Part shown: piece after piece, positions 18,361-27,817 of the stretch
Numbering within the stretch: the stretch's first letter is position 1
How the letters are laid out: each line of letters begins with the position of its first letter
Assembly (NCBI GenBank): GCA_046289975.1
Contig: JBKBUQ010000003.1
Span: 1,252-51,316 of the forward strand
Direction of reading: 5' to 3'
From: Flavobacteriales bacterium
Lineage (GTDB): Bacteria; Bacteroidota; Bacteroidia; Flavobacteriales_D; UBA2798
Length of the DNA: 50,065 nucleotides
The notes under the pieces: model-generated
Database searches by the model: none
The model's input: only the letters and a program-made list of their open reading frames with translations
What the model was told of the DNA's origin: nothing
Position numbers and translations under genes: made by a program

Positions 18361-19071
18361 TCAATGGATTCGTAAAGCATCAAAAAAGGATTTCCGGTAA
18401 GCTCTTCCAATGGGAATGGCAAATTCTTTTATCCTTACTTCATTGTCTTTTATCAAGTCGATACAATCCATATTTACAATAAATGATTTATGCAGTCTAA
18501 TAAACGAAGAAGAAGGCAATTGCTCCTCTAATTGTTTTAATGAATGCGACGTTGTGATGCGCTCATTGGTTAGAAAAACCTTTGAATAAACATCAATAGC
18601 CTCAATGTACAAAACATTGGAAAGATCTACACTTTTAAGCCCTAGTGAGGTCTTTAAAAAAACGGAATTGGATCTCAATTGATTCTGAAATTGAATCTTC
18701 TGCACTGCTAGCTGAACATTGGCGAGAATTTCATTCGCATTATAGGGCTTAAGCAGATAAGACAATGCCATGGACCGACCGGCCTTTTCGATAGTATTTT
18801 GGTCAAAATAGGAGGTAATAAAAATATGATTCGCTTTGTACTTCTCCTTAATAAAATAAGCAATATCAATTCCTGATTCATTGGCGTTAAGGTTAATATC
18901 CAAAATCGCAAGGTCAAATCCTTCCAGACTACTATTACGAAATGCTTCGGGCGAATTAAATACACCAACCACTTTGTATTGAACAAAGGTTAAGATCTCT
19001 TTAATATCTTGAGCAATCAAAGGATCATCTTCTACAATGACAATTCTAAAATCAGATTCTGAAAGGGCCAT
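18361..19071 (-). CDS. LytTR-family response regulator (REC + LytTR DNA-binding domain)
   Basis: REC motifs IVIVEDDP...DLAILDINL...FITSY. The C-terminus, VLYIEAIDVYSKVFL...FIRLHKSFIVNMDCI, is typical of LytTR domains. Confidence 0.88.
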   Translation of the reverse strand: MALSESDFRIVIVEDDPLIAQDIKEILTFVQYKVVGVFNSPEAFRNSSLEGFDLAILDINLNANESGIDIAYFIKEKYKANHIFITSYFDQNTIEKAGRSMALSYLLKPYNANEILANVQLAVQKIQFQNQLRSNSVFLKTSLGLKSVDLSNVLYIEAIDVYSKVFLTNERITTSHSLKQLEEQLPSSSFIRLHKSFIVNMDCIDLIKDNEVRIKEFAIPIGRAYRKSFFDALRIH

Positions 19072-19282
19072 CAGACTGGAATATTATCATTTTACATTTC
19101 ATTTTAACACCGGGAAATTAAACGACTTTTCAGCATCCTTAAATATATACTATTAAAGAAAATGAATCAGAGGTTTTCGAAAAAAAATAATGTTCTGCTA
19201 CCGGAAAACGAATCTACTCGTTGAGTAGAGTAATTTAACTTGTGTTATAAAGGTATTGCGGTAGCAAATCCTACAATTCATT

Positions 19283-19508
19283 TACGCAGACATTTTTATG
19301 TGTACAGTAAGCGGTAAAAGATAAACGGAAAACCCATCCTTTACCCGTCTTCTTTCCTCGTCTTCGTCTTGTCAGATTCGCACTCCGATCACGCAAACAT
19401 TTTTTTGGTGAACAGTGAACAGTAAAAGGTGAACGGAAAATAGATCCATCACCCGTCTTCTTTCCTCGTCTTCGTCTTGTCAGATTCGCACTCCGATCAC
19501 GCAAACAT
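19283..19508. repeat. Tandem direct repeat, period 108 nt, about 2.1 copies, including the last 27 nt and stop codon of the SpoIIE gene
   Basis: A 58-nt core, ACCCGTCTTCTTTCCTCGTCTTCGTCTTGTCAGATTCGCACTCCGATCACGCAAACAT, is identical at 19343-19400 and 19451-19508. The 50-nt spacers are diverged copies of each other. A partial ACGCAGACAT sits at 19283-19292. Confidence 0.9.
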
Positions 19509-21762
19509 CATCAACTTGTTCCAACTCGCCTTTCCAGGATTGGAAGTTTTGCTGAATGATGCTTTGCAGGGTTTCCATCGGTTCGTTGCAAATGGAAAGG
19601 AGAAGCTTTTTCAAATTAGAGGCTTTGAATTTTTTGCCTTTGCTTCCCCCAAACTGATCCTTGTAGCCGTCAGTGAAAAGATAAATGATATCACCTTTGC
19701 TGATATTCAATTGATGCGATGTGAAGGGTTTCCCATCCTCCGTTTTGGCAATCGTTTGCTTGTCGGCTTTTATTTCTTCTATTTCCCCGCTTTCCTTTCT
19801 GAATATCCAAAGCGGATTATTGGCTCCTGCCCATTGGAGCGTCATGGTATCTCTTGAAAGGGAACAAAGCGAGACATCCATTCCGTCTTTTACTTCATCG
19901 TCGGATTTATCAAACTCTGAAATTACAATCTCCCGGGTTTTGTCCAGAATTTTTGCAGGATCCGTTAAGCCATTTTCGCGTACTGCACGATTAAGTCCAT
20001 TTACACAAATCACCGACACCATTGCTCCCGGAACGCCATGCCCGGTACAATCGCAGGCCGCAAACATCAACTGACCATCGCGTTCTTCAATCCAGTAAAA
20101 ATCTCCGGCCACAATATCCTTGGGCTGGAAAAGAATAAAAGCATCCTTCAAACTCTCCTGTACACGCTTTTTCGAAGGTAAAATAGCGTGCTGAATCCGT
20201 TTCGCATAGGTGATGGAGTCCGTGATCTCCCGGTTTTTCACCTCCAGAATTCCATAGGCGTGATCGACTGCACTCTTTTGTTGTTCAATGATCGCTTTTT
20301 GCTGGTTCGTTACCCGGAACCGGTGATAAAGTATTCCTCCGAACGCAAGTGATAGGACAAGTATTCCAAGTAGAATATAATTCTGCATTTTGCGCTGACG
20401 GCTTTCTATGTTTTTCGCATGAAGTTCTGCATCCTTCAATTTATCGGCCTCAGCCGCCATGATACTGTCGGCTGCCATTTGCTTTTCGTATTCGTATTCA
20501 AATTCACTGCGGATAATTTCCATACGGTTGGCCTGGTTTTCCAGACTGTCGCGCATTAAAATAAACAGCTCGTGCATTTCCAGTGCCTTGCCCGTTTGTC
20601 CGGCAGATTTATAAATTTTCCAAAGTGATTCGGCTGCTGCTTTTTTATGCTGAACCGAATTGATTTCCTCTGCCATCATCATCGATGTTTCAGCATACTT
20701 TTTCGCTTCGTTTATGTTTCCTCTGGCAATGAATACCGTAGCAAGGTGATTGTTAGTTTCTGCGATCCCTTTACCATCTCCGATCAACTCGCGCAGTTGA
20801 AGACTTTTCACAAAATAGGAAGCGGCACTATCCAACTGACCGGAAGATTTAAAGACCAGTCCTAACCCGTTGTAAGCATCAGAAATTCCCTTTTTATCTT
20901 TTTCTGCCACACTCATTTCATAACACATCCGATACATCTCCCTGGCTTTCTCGACCATTCCTTGCTCCAGGTATATGCCTGCCAGATTGGACGAGGTAAC
21001 TACGCTTCCATTGGCATGATCGATGTCACTGTAAATCGTAAGGCTTCGCTTATAATATTCAATGGCTGTTGCAAGATCATTTTGTGCTTTATGAATGTTC
21101 CCAATGTTGTTTAGCGTATTTGCCATGCCCAATTTATCCCCGCTTTTATCTTTCATTTTCAGACTTTGTGTCCAAAAGTTTATGGCCGGTTTGTAATCCC
21201 CCTGGTAATAATGAATGTTTCCAAGATTGTTGTAAATGCTGGCCATTCCATCTTCATCATCCAACTCCCTGTAAATCTCCAACGTTTTCATCATCCACTC
21301 CTCACAGGTTTTGTAATCTGCCTGCATTCCGTAAACTATTCCAATGCTATTGTAGGTGCCTGCCAGCCCCTTTTTATCTCCGGCCTTCTTTGAAAGTGTA
21401 ACTGATTCATTGTACCATTCAAGAGCATGGAAATAGTCGCTTCGGTCGCGATGAAAATCACCTTTGAATCCCAGAATTTTTGCTTTCCGTTTCAGAAAAT
21501 CCATTTTTTCTTCGCCCGATAAACGCACATTCAGGTTACGGTCACAAATACTATCGGCACGATCAAGAAGTTTAAAATAAAAATCGCCATCGGCACGACG
21601 AATCGTTTTACCCCATTCCAAAAGCGCATTTACCTTGAGTGTATCGTTCAACGATTGCTGTACAACATTTCTCAGCGAATCTGCCTTCTTTTCCTGTTCA
21701 GCAGAAAGTTGTGCCGCACTGGTAAAAGGAATAGCAAAAAATAAAATCCACGCCCACTTCAT
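19480..21762 (-). CDS. TPR-repeat, membrane-anchored PP2C/SpoIIE-family serine phosphatase (RsbU-like)
   Basis: ATG 21762 gives MKWAWILFFAIPFTSAAQ. Many TPRs of the form YNxxGxxYxxxGDYxxAxxY. TM helix YILLGILVLSLAFGGILY. Phosphatase motifs IVAGDFYW, MFAACDCTGHGVPGAMVS, LFTDGYKDQFGG and DDVCVIGVRI. Confidence 0.88.
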   Translation of the reverse strand: MKWAWILFFAIPFTSAAQLSAEQEKKADSLRNVVQQSLNDTLKVNALLEWGKTIRRADGDFYFKLLDRADSICDRNLNVRLSGEEKMDFLKRKAKILGFKGDFHRDRSDYFHALEWYNESVTLSKKAGDKKGLAGTYNSIGIVYGMQADYKTCEEWMMKTLEIYRELDDEDGMASIYNNLGNIHYYQGDYKPAINFWTQSLKMKDKSGDKLGMANTLNNIGNIHKAQNDLATAIEYYKRSLTIYSDIDHANGSVVTSSNLAGIYLEQGMVEKAREMYRMCYEMSVAEKDKKGISDAYNGLGLVFKSSGQLDSAASYFVKSLQLRELIGDGKGIAETNNHLATVFIARGNINEAKKYAETSMMMAEEINSVQHKKAAAESLWKIYKSAGQTGKALEMHELFILMRDSLENQANRMEIIRSEFEYEYEKQMAADSIMAAEADKLKDAELHAKNIESRQRKMQNYILLGILVLSLAFGGILYHRFRVTNQQKAIIEQQKSAVDHAYGILEVKNREITDSITYAKRIQHAILPSKKRVQESLKDAFILFQPKDIVAGDFYWIEERDGQLMFAACDCTGHGVPGAMVSVICVNGLNRAVRENGLTDPAKILDKTREIVISEFDKSDDEVKDGMDVSLCSLSRDTMTLQWAGANNPLWIFRKESGEIEEIKADKQTIAKTEDGKPFTSHQLNISKGDIIYLFTDGYKDQFGGSKGKKFKASNLKKLLLSICNEPMETLQSIIQQNFQSWKGELEQVDDVCVIGVRI

Positions 21763-21957
21763 TCTACCTCGGTTTATATGATCTGAACAATTGCAGATGA
21801 CAAATAGTACTGCGAATTCAACATACCGATTGTGGTAATTGATTTTATTATAATTCGGGTAGGTAGTAATTCCATCATTCGGTGTGTGTGACATCCCTGA
21901 ACTACTAAAAATCCAACGTAATGATCTTCCCGCTATTCATCTTTCAGCAAAAAGCCT

Positions 21958-22083
21958 CGCCGAACTGTTCAGTTAACCTATAAATATGTGCTATTTCACT
22001 TGATTATCTCACTTCCCACAAAGAACTTTGCAACACCCGCAGGCGGTAGACCTCCGGGATTTTAAAAATCCCGGGGGTCTTCG
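21958..22083 (+). repeat. Copy 2 of the intergenic hairpin element (hairpin 22048-22080)
   Basis: Shares the same conserved blocks as 10567-10710. The hairpin carries one substitution that keeps a U-G wobble in a plus-strand RNA and would give A-C on the minus strand. Confidence 0.8.
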
Positions 22084-22284
22084 TCAAGGCTACCGGATTT
22101 GTATGAATATTTACTTTAAACATCCCCGGTAAAAATACAGCCCCCTGTATATTTCATATTACCCGGCTCAAATGCCATTAGATCGTCCCATGCCATTTAC
22201 ATTCAAGTAAGTTTTGTCTAAAATTTGACGAAAACAACAGGCGGGTTGTTTCTAAATAATAACCGGTGCACTATCTTTCGGCAC

Positions 22285-23487
22285 ATGAACAAAGGCTGGA
22301 TACTAATTACGCTATGTGGTTTTGGGTTTTCATTGCAGGCGCAAAATTTAGTGAGCAATCCGTCATTTGAAATCAAAAGTGAATGCCCTGTTGAAAACGG
22401 GAAACTTGAAAAGGCGGTTGGATGGATCAATCCCAGTAAAGCTACTCCCGATCTGTTTTGTCATTGCGCTCAAAACAAACTAGCTCCTGTAAGTACGCCC
22501 CAAAACGGAATGGGCTATCAGGATCCATACAGCGGATCTTGTTATGCGGGTTTGTTTGTGTACACTGTTAATGATACGCTATACGGAGAATATATTCAAA
22601 CCAAACTCGATCATCCCTTGGTGAAAGGACAAACCTACCATGTGTCGTGTTGGTATTCGCTGGCCGATCACAGCATGTACAAAGCAGTTTCCATTGGTAT
22701 TGTGCTTACACAGGAAAAACTGAAGAAAAAAGGCAACGAGCGCTTTCATGAATTGCCTTCGATCGTTAACGATGAGCCGATGAGCAACGATACTTTGCAA
22801 TGGCAGTTATTTCACTCGAGTTATATTGCAAAAGGTGGAGAAGAATGGCTGACAATCGGTCCTTTTGGTGAATACAGGTACGACGAAAAAATGCGTAAAA
22901 AAATTAAAGTCCCTGCAAGATATAAATACATGATTCCTGGTGAAGCGGCTTATTTCTACATCGATGAAGTATATGTAAGCGACAACCCTTGTCCGTTCGA
23001 TTCTACGCGTGCCGCAGTAAAAACAAAACAGACCCACCAACACCCGCATAAGGAAATCGTAAAAAAAGACACACTACGCAAGAATGAAAAGAAAAATGAA
23101 ATCGTTTCTTCCAATGTGATTTCCGAAACTAAAACGGAAGTCAAAAAAGAAGAGTCGGTAATTTTTAAAGAACTTGTTTTCGAAAGCGGGAAATCCGTTA
23201 TTCTTCCTGCATCCTATGCCGAACTCGATCGCATGGTCTCGCTAATGAAAACGAAACCTGAAATGAAAATTCTGATAAGCGGACACACCGATAATACCGG
23301 AAATGAAAAATCCAATCTGGAACTTTCACGACAAAGAGCAAAAGCTGTTGCCGATTATTTAATTTCAAAAGGAATCGATTCAAAACGAATTAACCACGAA
23401 GGCAAGGGCAGTGCAGAGCCTCGAGCTGAAAATTCCAGCGAAGAAGGAAAAGCCAAAAATCGTCGTGTCGAGTTTATACTGAAGTAA
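22285..23487 (+). CDS. OmpA-family peptidoglycan-associated protein with an uncharacterised N-terminal domain
   Basis: Signal peptide MNKGWILITLCGFGFSLQAQ. C-terminal OmpA_C motif: FESGKSVI...ISGHTDNTGNEKSNLELSRQRAKAVADYL...GKGSAEP...NRRVEFIL. Confidence 0.85.
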   Translation: MNKGWILITLCGFGFSLQAQNLVSNPSFEIKSECPVENGKLEKAVGWINPSKATPDLFCHCAQNKLAPVSTPQNGMGYQDPYSGSCYAGLFVYTVNDTLYGEYIQTKLDHPLVKGQTYHVSCWYSLADHSMYKAVSIGIVLTQEKLKKKGNERFHELPSIVNDEPMSNDTLQWQLFHSSYIAKGGEEWLTIGPFGEYRYDEKMRKKIKVPARYKYMIPGEAAYFYIDEVYVSDNPCPFDSTRAAVKTKQTHQHPHKEIVKKDTLRKNEKKNEIVSSNVISETKTEVKKEESVIFKELVFESGKSVILPASYAELDRMVSLMKTKPEMKILISGHTDNTGNEKSNLELSRQRAKAVADYLISKGIDSKRINHEGKGSAEPRAENSSEEGKAKNRRVEFILK

Positions 23488-23493
23488 GAAGAA

Positions 23494-23730
23494 CTACCTC
23501 GTAGTTGTAATCAATGGCTTCAGTAAATCTTCCAGTCCGTTCAATTTGATGACATACATCAATTGCAACAAATCGCCCAGCTTCCCTTTTGGAAATCCTT
23601 TGCGCTCAAACCACTCCAAATAACTAACAGGCAGCCGATACAAATACCAATCCTTGTACTTGCCATAAGGCATGCGCGTACTCACCAAGGCCAGCAGCTG
23701 CTTATTGTCCGGGATTCCGGGATCTTCCAT
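23494..23730 (-). CDS. DUF3820-family small protein
   Basis: MPYGKYKDWYLYRLPVSYLEWFERKGFPKGKLGDLLQLMYVIKLNGLEDLL matches the conserved DUF3820 pattern (MPFGKYKG...LP..YL.WF...GFP.G.LG). Confidence 0.8.
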   Translation of the reverse strand: MEDPGIPDNKQLLALVSTRMPYGKYKDWYLYRLPVSYLEWFERKGFPKGKLGDLLQLMYVIKLNGLEDLLKPLITTTR

Positions 23731-23844
23731 GGCCTAAAGATAAAATGTTCTTTTTTCGTCACCTTAAGATTCAGTCTCACCTTTAATACCGGGGGTTTCA
23801 GCAAAATTTAACCCCTGTTTAACCTTTGCTGAACGCATTTAGGG

Positions 23845-23852
23845 TATTTTTG
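23845..23852 (+). promoter_or_regulatory. Candidate -7 box TATTTTTG upstream of the SprB-repeat gene
   Basis: Matches the TAnnTTTG consensus, about 78 nt upstream of ATG 23930. Confidence 0.35.
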
Positions 23853-23929
23853 TACTGCCGCAGTGAACACCCTTGAGGTTTTCTCCCTTACCCGAGATCA
23901 GCCGAAGCCGCGCGGAACGATGTGTTCGC

Positions 23930-26900
23930 ATGAGGGTATTCTTTCAACGTTTGTCAATTCTGTTGCTCTTGGTTTTTGCCATTGGCCCAACTCTTATTGC
24001 CCAAACACTCATCATCAATGAAGTTTCCAACGGCCCATCCGGCAACAAGGAATATGTTGAACTGGTGGTTATCGACACAACTATTGTCTACGATTGCAAT
24101 GCCACAACACCTCCGTGTATCGACATCCGAGGTTGGATTTTCGACGATAACAGCGGCTACCATGGTGCAGGTGGAGTAGCATCTGGTGCCATCCGCTTTG
24201 CCAATCATCCTTTGTGGGCTTGTGTGCCGGTGGGGACAATCATTCTAATTTACAACAACGGCGATCCCAACACAAACGTTCCTGCCAATGATCTCTCTAC
24301 TACCGACGGAAATTGCGTTATCATCGCGCCTGTTGCAAGTATCTATTTTGATCGCAATGCTACTACACCGGGTGCAGCAGCCTGCAGTTATCCGGCAGCA
24401 GGATGGATCAACGGTGGCGACTGGACAATGACAGCGCTGGCCAATTCGGGCGACTGTGCACGTATTGTCGATTTAAGCGGATGCGAAGTTTTTTCTTTGT
24501 GCTATGGCGCAACAAATTCCAATACACTGATCTATTTTAATTCCGGCGGCTCAGGCGCACAAAATGTCTGGTGGTTCAATTCAGGTAACCCCTATTCTAC
24601 CGGTAGCTGGAGTGAGGGTTGTGCTTCCATCGCAATATGCGGAAGTGATGAACAAACTCCGGGAGCGCCCAACAATGCAGCCAATGCGGCGTATATCGCT
24701 CAATTCAATAACAACTGTTTACCAATTCCTCCCCTTACAACTAACCTCAGCAACTCAAGCAATGCTGTTTGTGGATGCACAGGTTCAGCCACTGTTGCTG
24801 TAAGCGGTTCCATCGCGCCATATACAGTAATCTGGACAACCTCTTCCTTTGCGCCTATCGGACAAACTGGTCTGATTGCCACTAACCTCTGCGCGGGAAC
24901 CTATCATGCAATTATTAATTCTTCCATCAATTGCGCCGACACTATTACAGTAACTATTGCCGCTTCATCGGCGATCAATCCACAACTTAATTTCAGTCCT
25001 GTAACCTGTGCAGGAAGCGCAAACGGACAAGCATCGGTTAATCCCATTGGGGGAACTGGTCCATACACCATTCTTTGGTCGCCGGCACCGGGTTCCGGAC
25101 AGGGAACGAATACTGCAACAGGATTAACTCCCGGAAATTACAGCGTGCAAATAACCGACAACAATGGCTGTACACAATCTGCTTCATTTACCATAACACA
25201 ACCCAATGCACTTAATGCTGTAGTGAGCCCGGTCAACCCAAGTTGCAATGGTGCTTGCGACGGAAGTTTTGCTTCAACCGTTTCGGGTGGTACAGGCAGT
25301 ATTAATTTACTCTGGTCGAATGGTGCGAATGGTGCCTCCATTAACGGATTGTGTGCAGGAAATTATTCCGTAACGCTAAGCGATCAAAACAACTGTACTG
25401 CAACATTTTCCTCACAGCTAACCGATCCTGCTGCCATCGATGTAATCATGTCGCATACCGACGCAGGGTGTGGCGGTGTTCCCGGTACTGCAACTGCGAT
25501 TGCTAATGGTGGAACAGGAGCTTTTTCCTATATCTGGTTCGATTCACAATTCAATGTTTATCCTTCAACTCCTACAATAAGCAACTTACTCCCGGATGAT
25601 TACACTGTTGTTGTTTCCGATGCCAACGGTTGCTCCGTTGCAGGAATGGTTACAGTAACTCAAGGTTTTCCTCCCTCACTTTCTGAAACGCACACTGATC
25701 TTTTGTGTAACGGTAATCTGTCAGGAACAATTGATCTGAGTATTTCAGGAATCGCTCCTTTTCAAATTGCGTGGACCGGGCCATTAGGATTTACTTCTTC
25801 GCAAGAAGATATCAGCAACCTTTCTGCTGGTGTGTATACTGCAACTGTTAACGATGCAAGCGGATGCAATGCTATACTTTCGATCACGCTCACTGAACCG
25901 AATGCTCTTGTAGTAAGCCTCAACAATCCGGGAACAGTTTGTTCTTCTACTTCAACCACCATTACCACAAACGTAAGCGGTGGAACTTCTCCTTATTCCT
26001 ACAATTGGGGCGGTTCACATACTTCCTCGTCGCTTACTTTTCAGCCTGCTTCAGATACACTTGTTTGTGTTACTGTTTCAGATGCAAATAATTGTCCGGT
26101 AGTAAATGAATGCCGCTCTGTTTCTGTTTTCCCATCACTGGTTTATTATGGTCCCGCAGATGTTACAATCTGTGAAGGATCAAGCACCAACCTTTCGCTT
26201 TCCGTATCGGGAGGTACGGGCGCTCCGTATGGAATTACCTGGAGTGATGGCGCAAGTATTATTTCTACAACAAATGCTCTTTCCGTAAATCCTACCGGTA
26301 CCGTTTCCTATTTTATTTCCGTTCAGGATGCGTGTGCCGCTAATGCTGTATTTGATACAGTAGAGGTTCAGGTTCTGTCGGTGCCTGTTCCGGCAATTGC
26401 TGCAATAAACAGTTCCGGATGCGCGCCCTTGACGGTGCAGTTTTCAGAAAGCAATGCTGTTGCAGGATTAAATTGCGTGTGGACATTCGGCACAGCAAGT
26501 TCGAACGATGACTGTGGTGCAACGTCATTTACGTTTACACAAGCGGGTTGTTACGATATTTCTTATTCGCTAATTACTCCTTCAGGTTGTACCTCATCGG
26601 TAACTGCACAACAATTGGTGTGTGTCTTTCCGGATCCCGTTGCATCATTCACTCCCTCCAGTCAACAGGTATCGTCGTATAACAACGTGGTTACAATGAA
26701 TAACACTTCATTTGGAGCGAGTGATTATTTGTGGACACTTAACGGACTTCCCATCGGCAATGATCTTGATCCTCAAATCACTTTCCCAAGCGAAGAAGCT
26801 GCCGTTTTTGAAGTTTGTCTGAATGCAACAAGTAATCTTGGTTGTGTGGATAGCACCTGCAGGTTCATTGAATCCATTCCTGATCTTGCGGTTTATGTTC

Positions 26901-27163
26901 CAAACGCGTTTACGCCGAACCACGATCCGGTAAACAATTCCTTCTCTCCTGTTATATCAGGTTATCCCAACGAATACCTGTTTCGCATCTTCAACCGTTG
27001 GGGTGAACTTATTTTCGAAAGTAAAACTCCGGGGGAAAGCTGGGATGGAAATTATTTGGGCGTGCCTTGTCAGGTTGATACCTACGTATGGTGCCTGATG
27101 GTTTATGTAGAAAATCCGGGGAAAGAATACCGATACCGCGGACACGTTACCCTTTTCCGATAA
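23930..27163 (+). CDS. Giant cell-surface protein: lamin-tail-like N-terminal domain, SprB repeats, PKD-like region, type B T9SS (gliding-motility CHU_C) C-terminal domain
   Basis: ATG 23930 gives MRVFFQRLSILLLLVFAIGPTLIAQ. LIINEVSNGPSGNKEYVELVV is LTD-like. CxGxxxGxxxxxxxGGTxPYxxxW modules recur. The C-terminus, VPNAFTPNHDPVNNSFSP...FRIFNRWGELIFES...WDGNY...VDTYVW, is typical of type B sorting domains. Confidence 0.88.
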   Translation: MRVFFQRLSILLLLVFAIGPTLIAQTLIINEVSNGPSGNKEYVELVVIDTTIVYDCNATTPPCIDIRGWIFDDNSGYHGAGGVASGAIRFANHPLWACVPVGTIILIYNNGDPNTNVPANDLSTTDGNCVIIAPVASIYFDRNATTPGAAACSYPAAGWINGGDWTMTALANSGDCARIVDLSGCEVFSLCYGATNSNTLIYFNSGGSGAQNVWWFNSGNPYSTGSWSEGCASIAICGSDEQTPGAPNNAANAAYIAQFNNNCLPIPPLTTNLSNSSNAVCGCTGSATVAVSGSIAPYTVIWTTSSFAPIGQTGLIATNLCAGTYHAIINSSINCADTITVTIAASSAINPQLNFSPVTCAGSANGQASVNPIGGTGPYTILWSPAPGSGQGTNTATGLTPGNYSVQITDNNGCTQSASFTITQPNALNAVVSPVNPSCNGACDGSFASTVSGGTGSINLLWSNGANGASINGLCAGNYSVTLSDQNNCTATFSSQLTDPAAIDVIMSHTDAGCGGVPGTATAIANGGTGAFSYIWFDSQFNVYPSTPTISNLLPDDYTVVVSDANGCSVAGMVTVTQGFPPSLSETHTDLLCNGNLSGTIDLSISGIAPFQIAWTGPLGFTSSQEDISNLSAGVYTATVNDASGCNAILSITLTEPNALVVSLNNPGTVCSSTSTTITTNVSGGTSPYSYNWGGSHTSSSLTFQPASDTLVCVTVSDANNCPVVNECRSVSVFPSLVYYGPADVTICEGSSTNLSLSVSGGTGAPYGITWSDGASIISTTNALSVNPTGTVSYFISVQDACAANAVFDTVEVQVLSVPVPAIAAINSSGCAPLTVQFSESNAVAGLNCVWTFGTASSNDDCGATSFTFTQAGCYDISYSLITPSGCTSSVTAQQLVCVFPDPVASFTPSSQQVSSYNNVVTMNNTSFGASDYLWTLNGLPIGNDLDPQITFPSEEAAVFEVCLNATSNLGCVDSTCRFIESIPDLAVYVPNAFTPNHDPVNNSFSPVISGYPNEYLFRIFNRWGELIFESKTPGESWDGNYLGVPCQVDTYVWCLMVYVENPGKEYRYRGHVTLFR

Positions 27164-27198
27164 CAAAACTTCACCTGATTTTTAGTCGGGAGAAATAA

Positions 27199-27804
27199 TT
27201 ACGGACGATCAAGCAATTGAATAATGCTTTTAGCCATATTGCTGCCTTTCTCCATCAAATCCTTTTGCACTGCATCATCCGTTTCGCCAAGGTTTTTGAA
27301 ACCCTCCAAATCAATCACCGACATATTCAAAATCAGGATTTCGTTTTCGTGACGAACGATTAATTGTCCGCCTCCAAGCTTACTGAAAATAGCTTTGGTT
27401 CCGACTCCTTCCAATGCCACGGGCTTATCCTTTTCCTGCGTATATCCGTTTGTGAGCTGCTCATACATTTTTGTACAGCGATCATCATCCATCTCTCCAG
27501 GAAAATAAAACTGAAAATCGACATGGTAATTTTTGTTGTCTTTGCTCCAATCGTAGCTGCATTTTCCATCACTGTCCATTCGCTCTATTTGATCAGCCTC
27601 AGCAAGAGAAAAGGTACTGCGCAATAATTTCAGCGTTAAAAAGGTGGATGGTTTTAGCATATCTGCATTCTCTTCTTCATCAACCACCGGTAATTGATTC
27701 TCCGCAGTTTCTATGCTTTCTTCCGTTACAGTTGAAGAATCATTGCATGAAAAAAGTACTGTTGCTCCTATTAAAAGAAGAACTGAAAAAATTTGAGCCT
27801 TCAT
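27199..27804 (-). CDS. Putative lipoprotein, unknown function
   Basis: ATG 27804 gives MKAQIFSVLLLIGATVLFSCNDSS, followed by an acidic linker and then a globular domain. Confidence 0.65.
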   Translation of the reverse strand: MKAQIFSVLLLIGATVLFSCNDSSTVTEESIETAENQLPVVDEEENADMLKPSTFLTLKLLRSTFSLAEADQIERMDSDGKCSYDWSKDNKNYHVDFQFYFPGEMDDDRCTKMYEQLTNGYTQEKDKPVALEGVGTKAIFSKLGGGQLIVRHENEILILNMSVIDLEGFKNLGETDDAVQKDLMEKGSNMAKSIIQLLDRP

Positions 27805-27817
27805 TGGTAAAATGTTT

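Noticed and set aside
19271-19504. 77-aa Arg-rich ORF spanning the tandem repeat
   Set aside because: It starts at a TTG, and its internal repetition simply reflects the 108-nt DNA duplication. It overlaps the SpoIIE 3' end in another frame. It is treated as non-coding.
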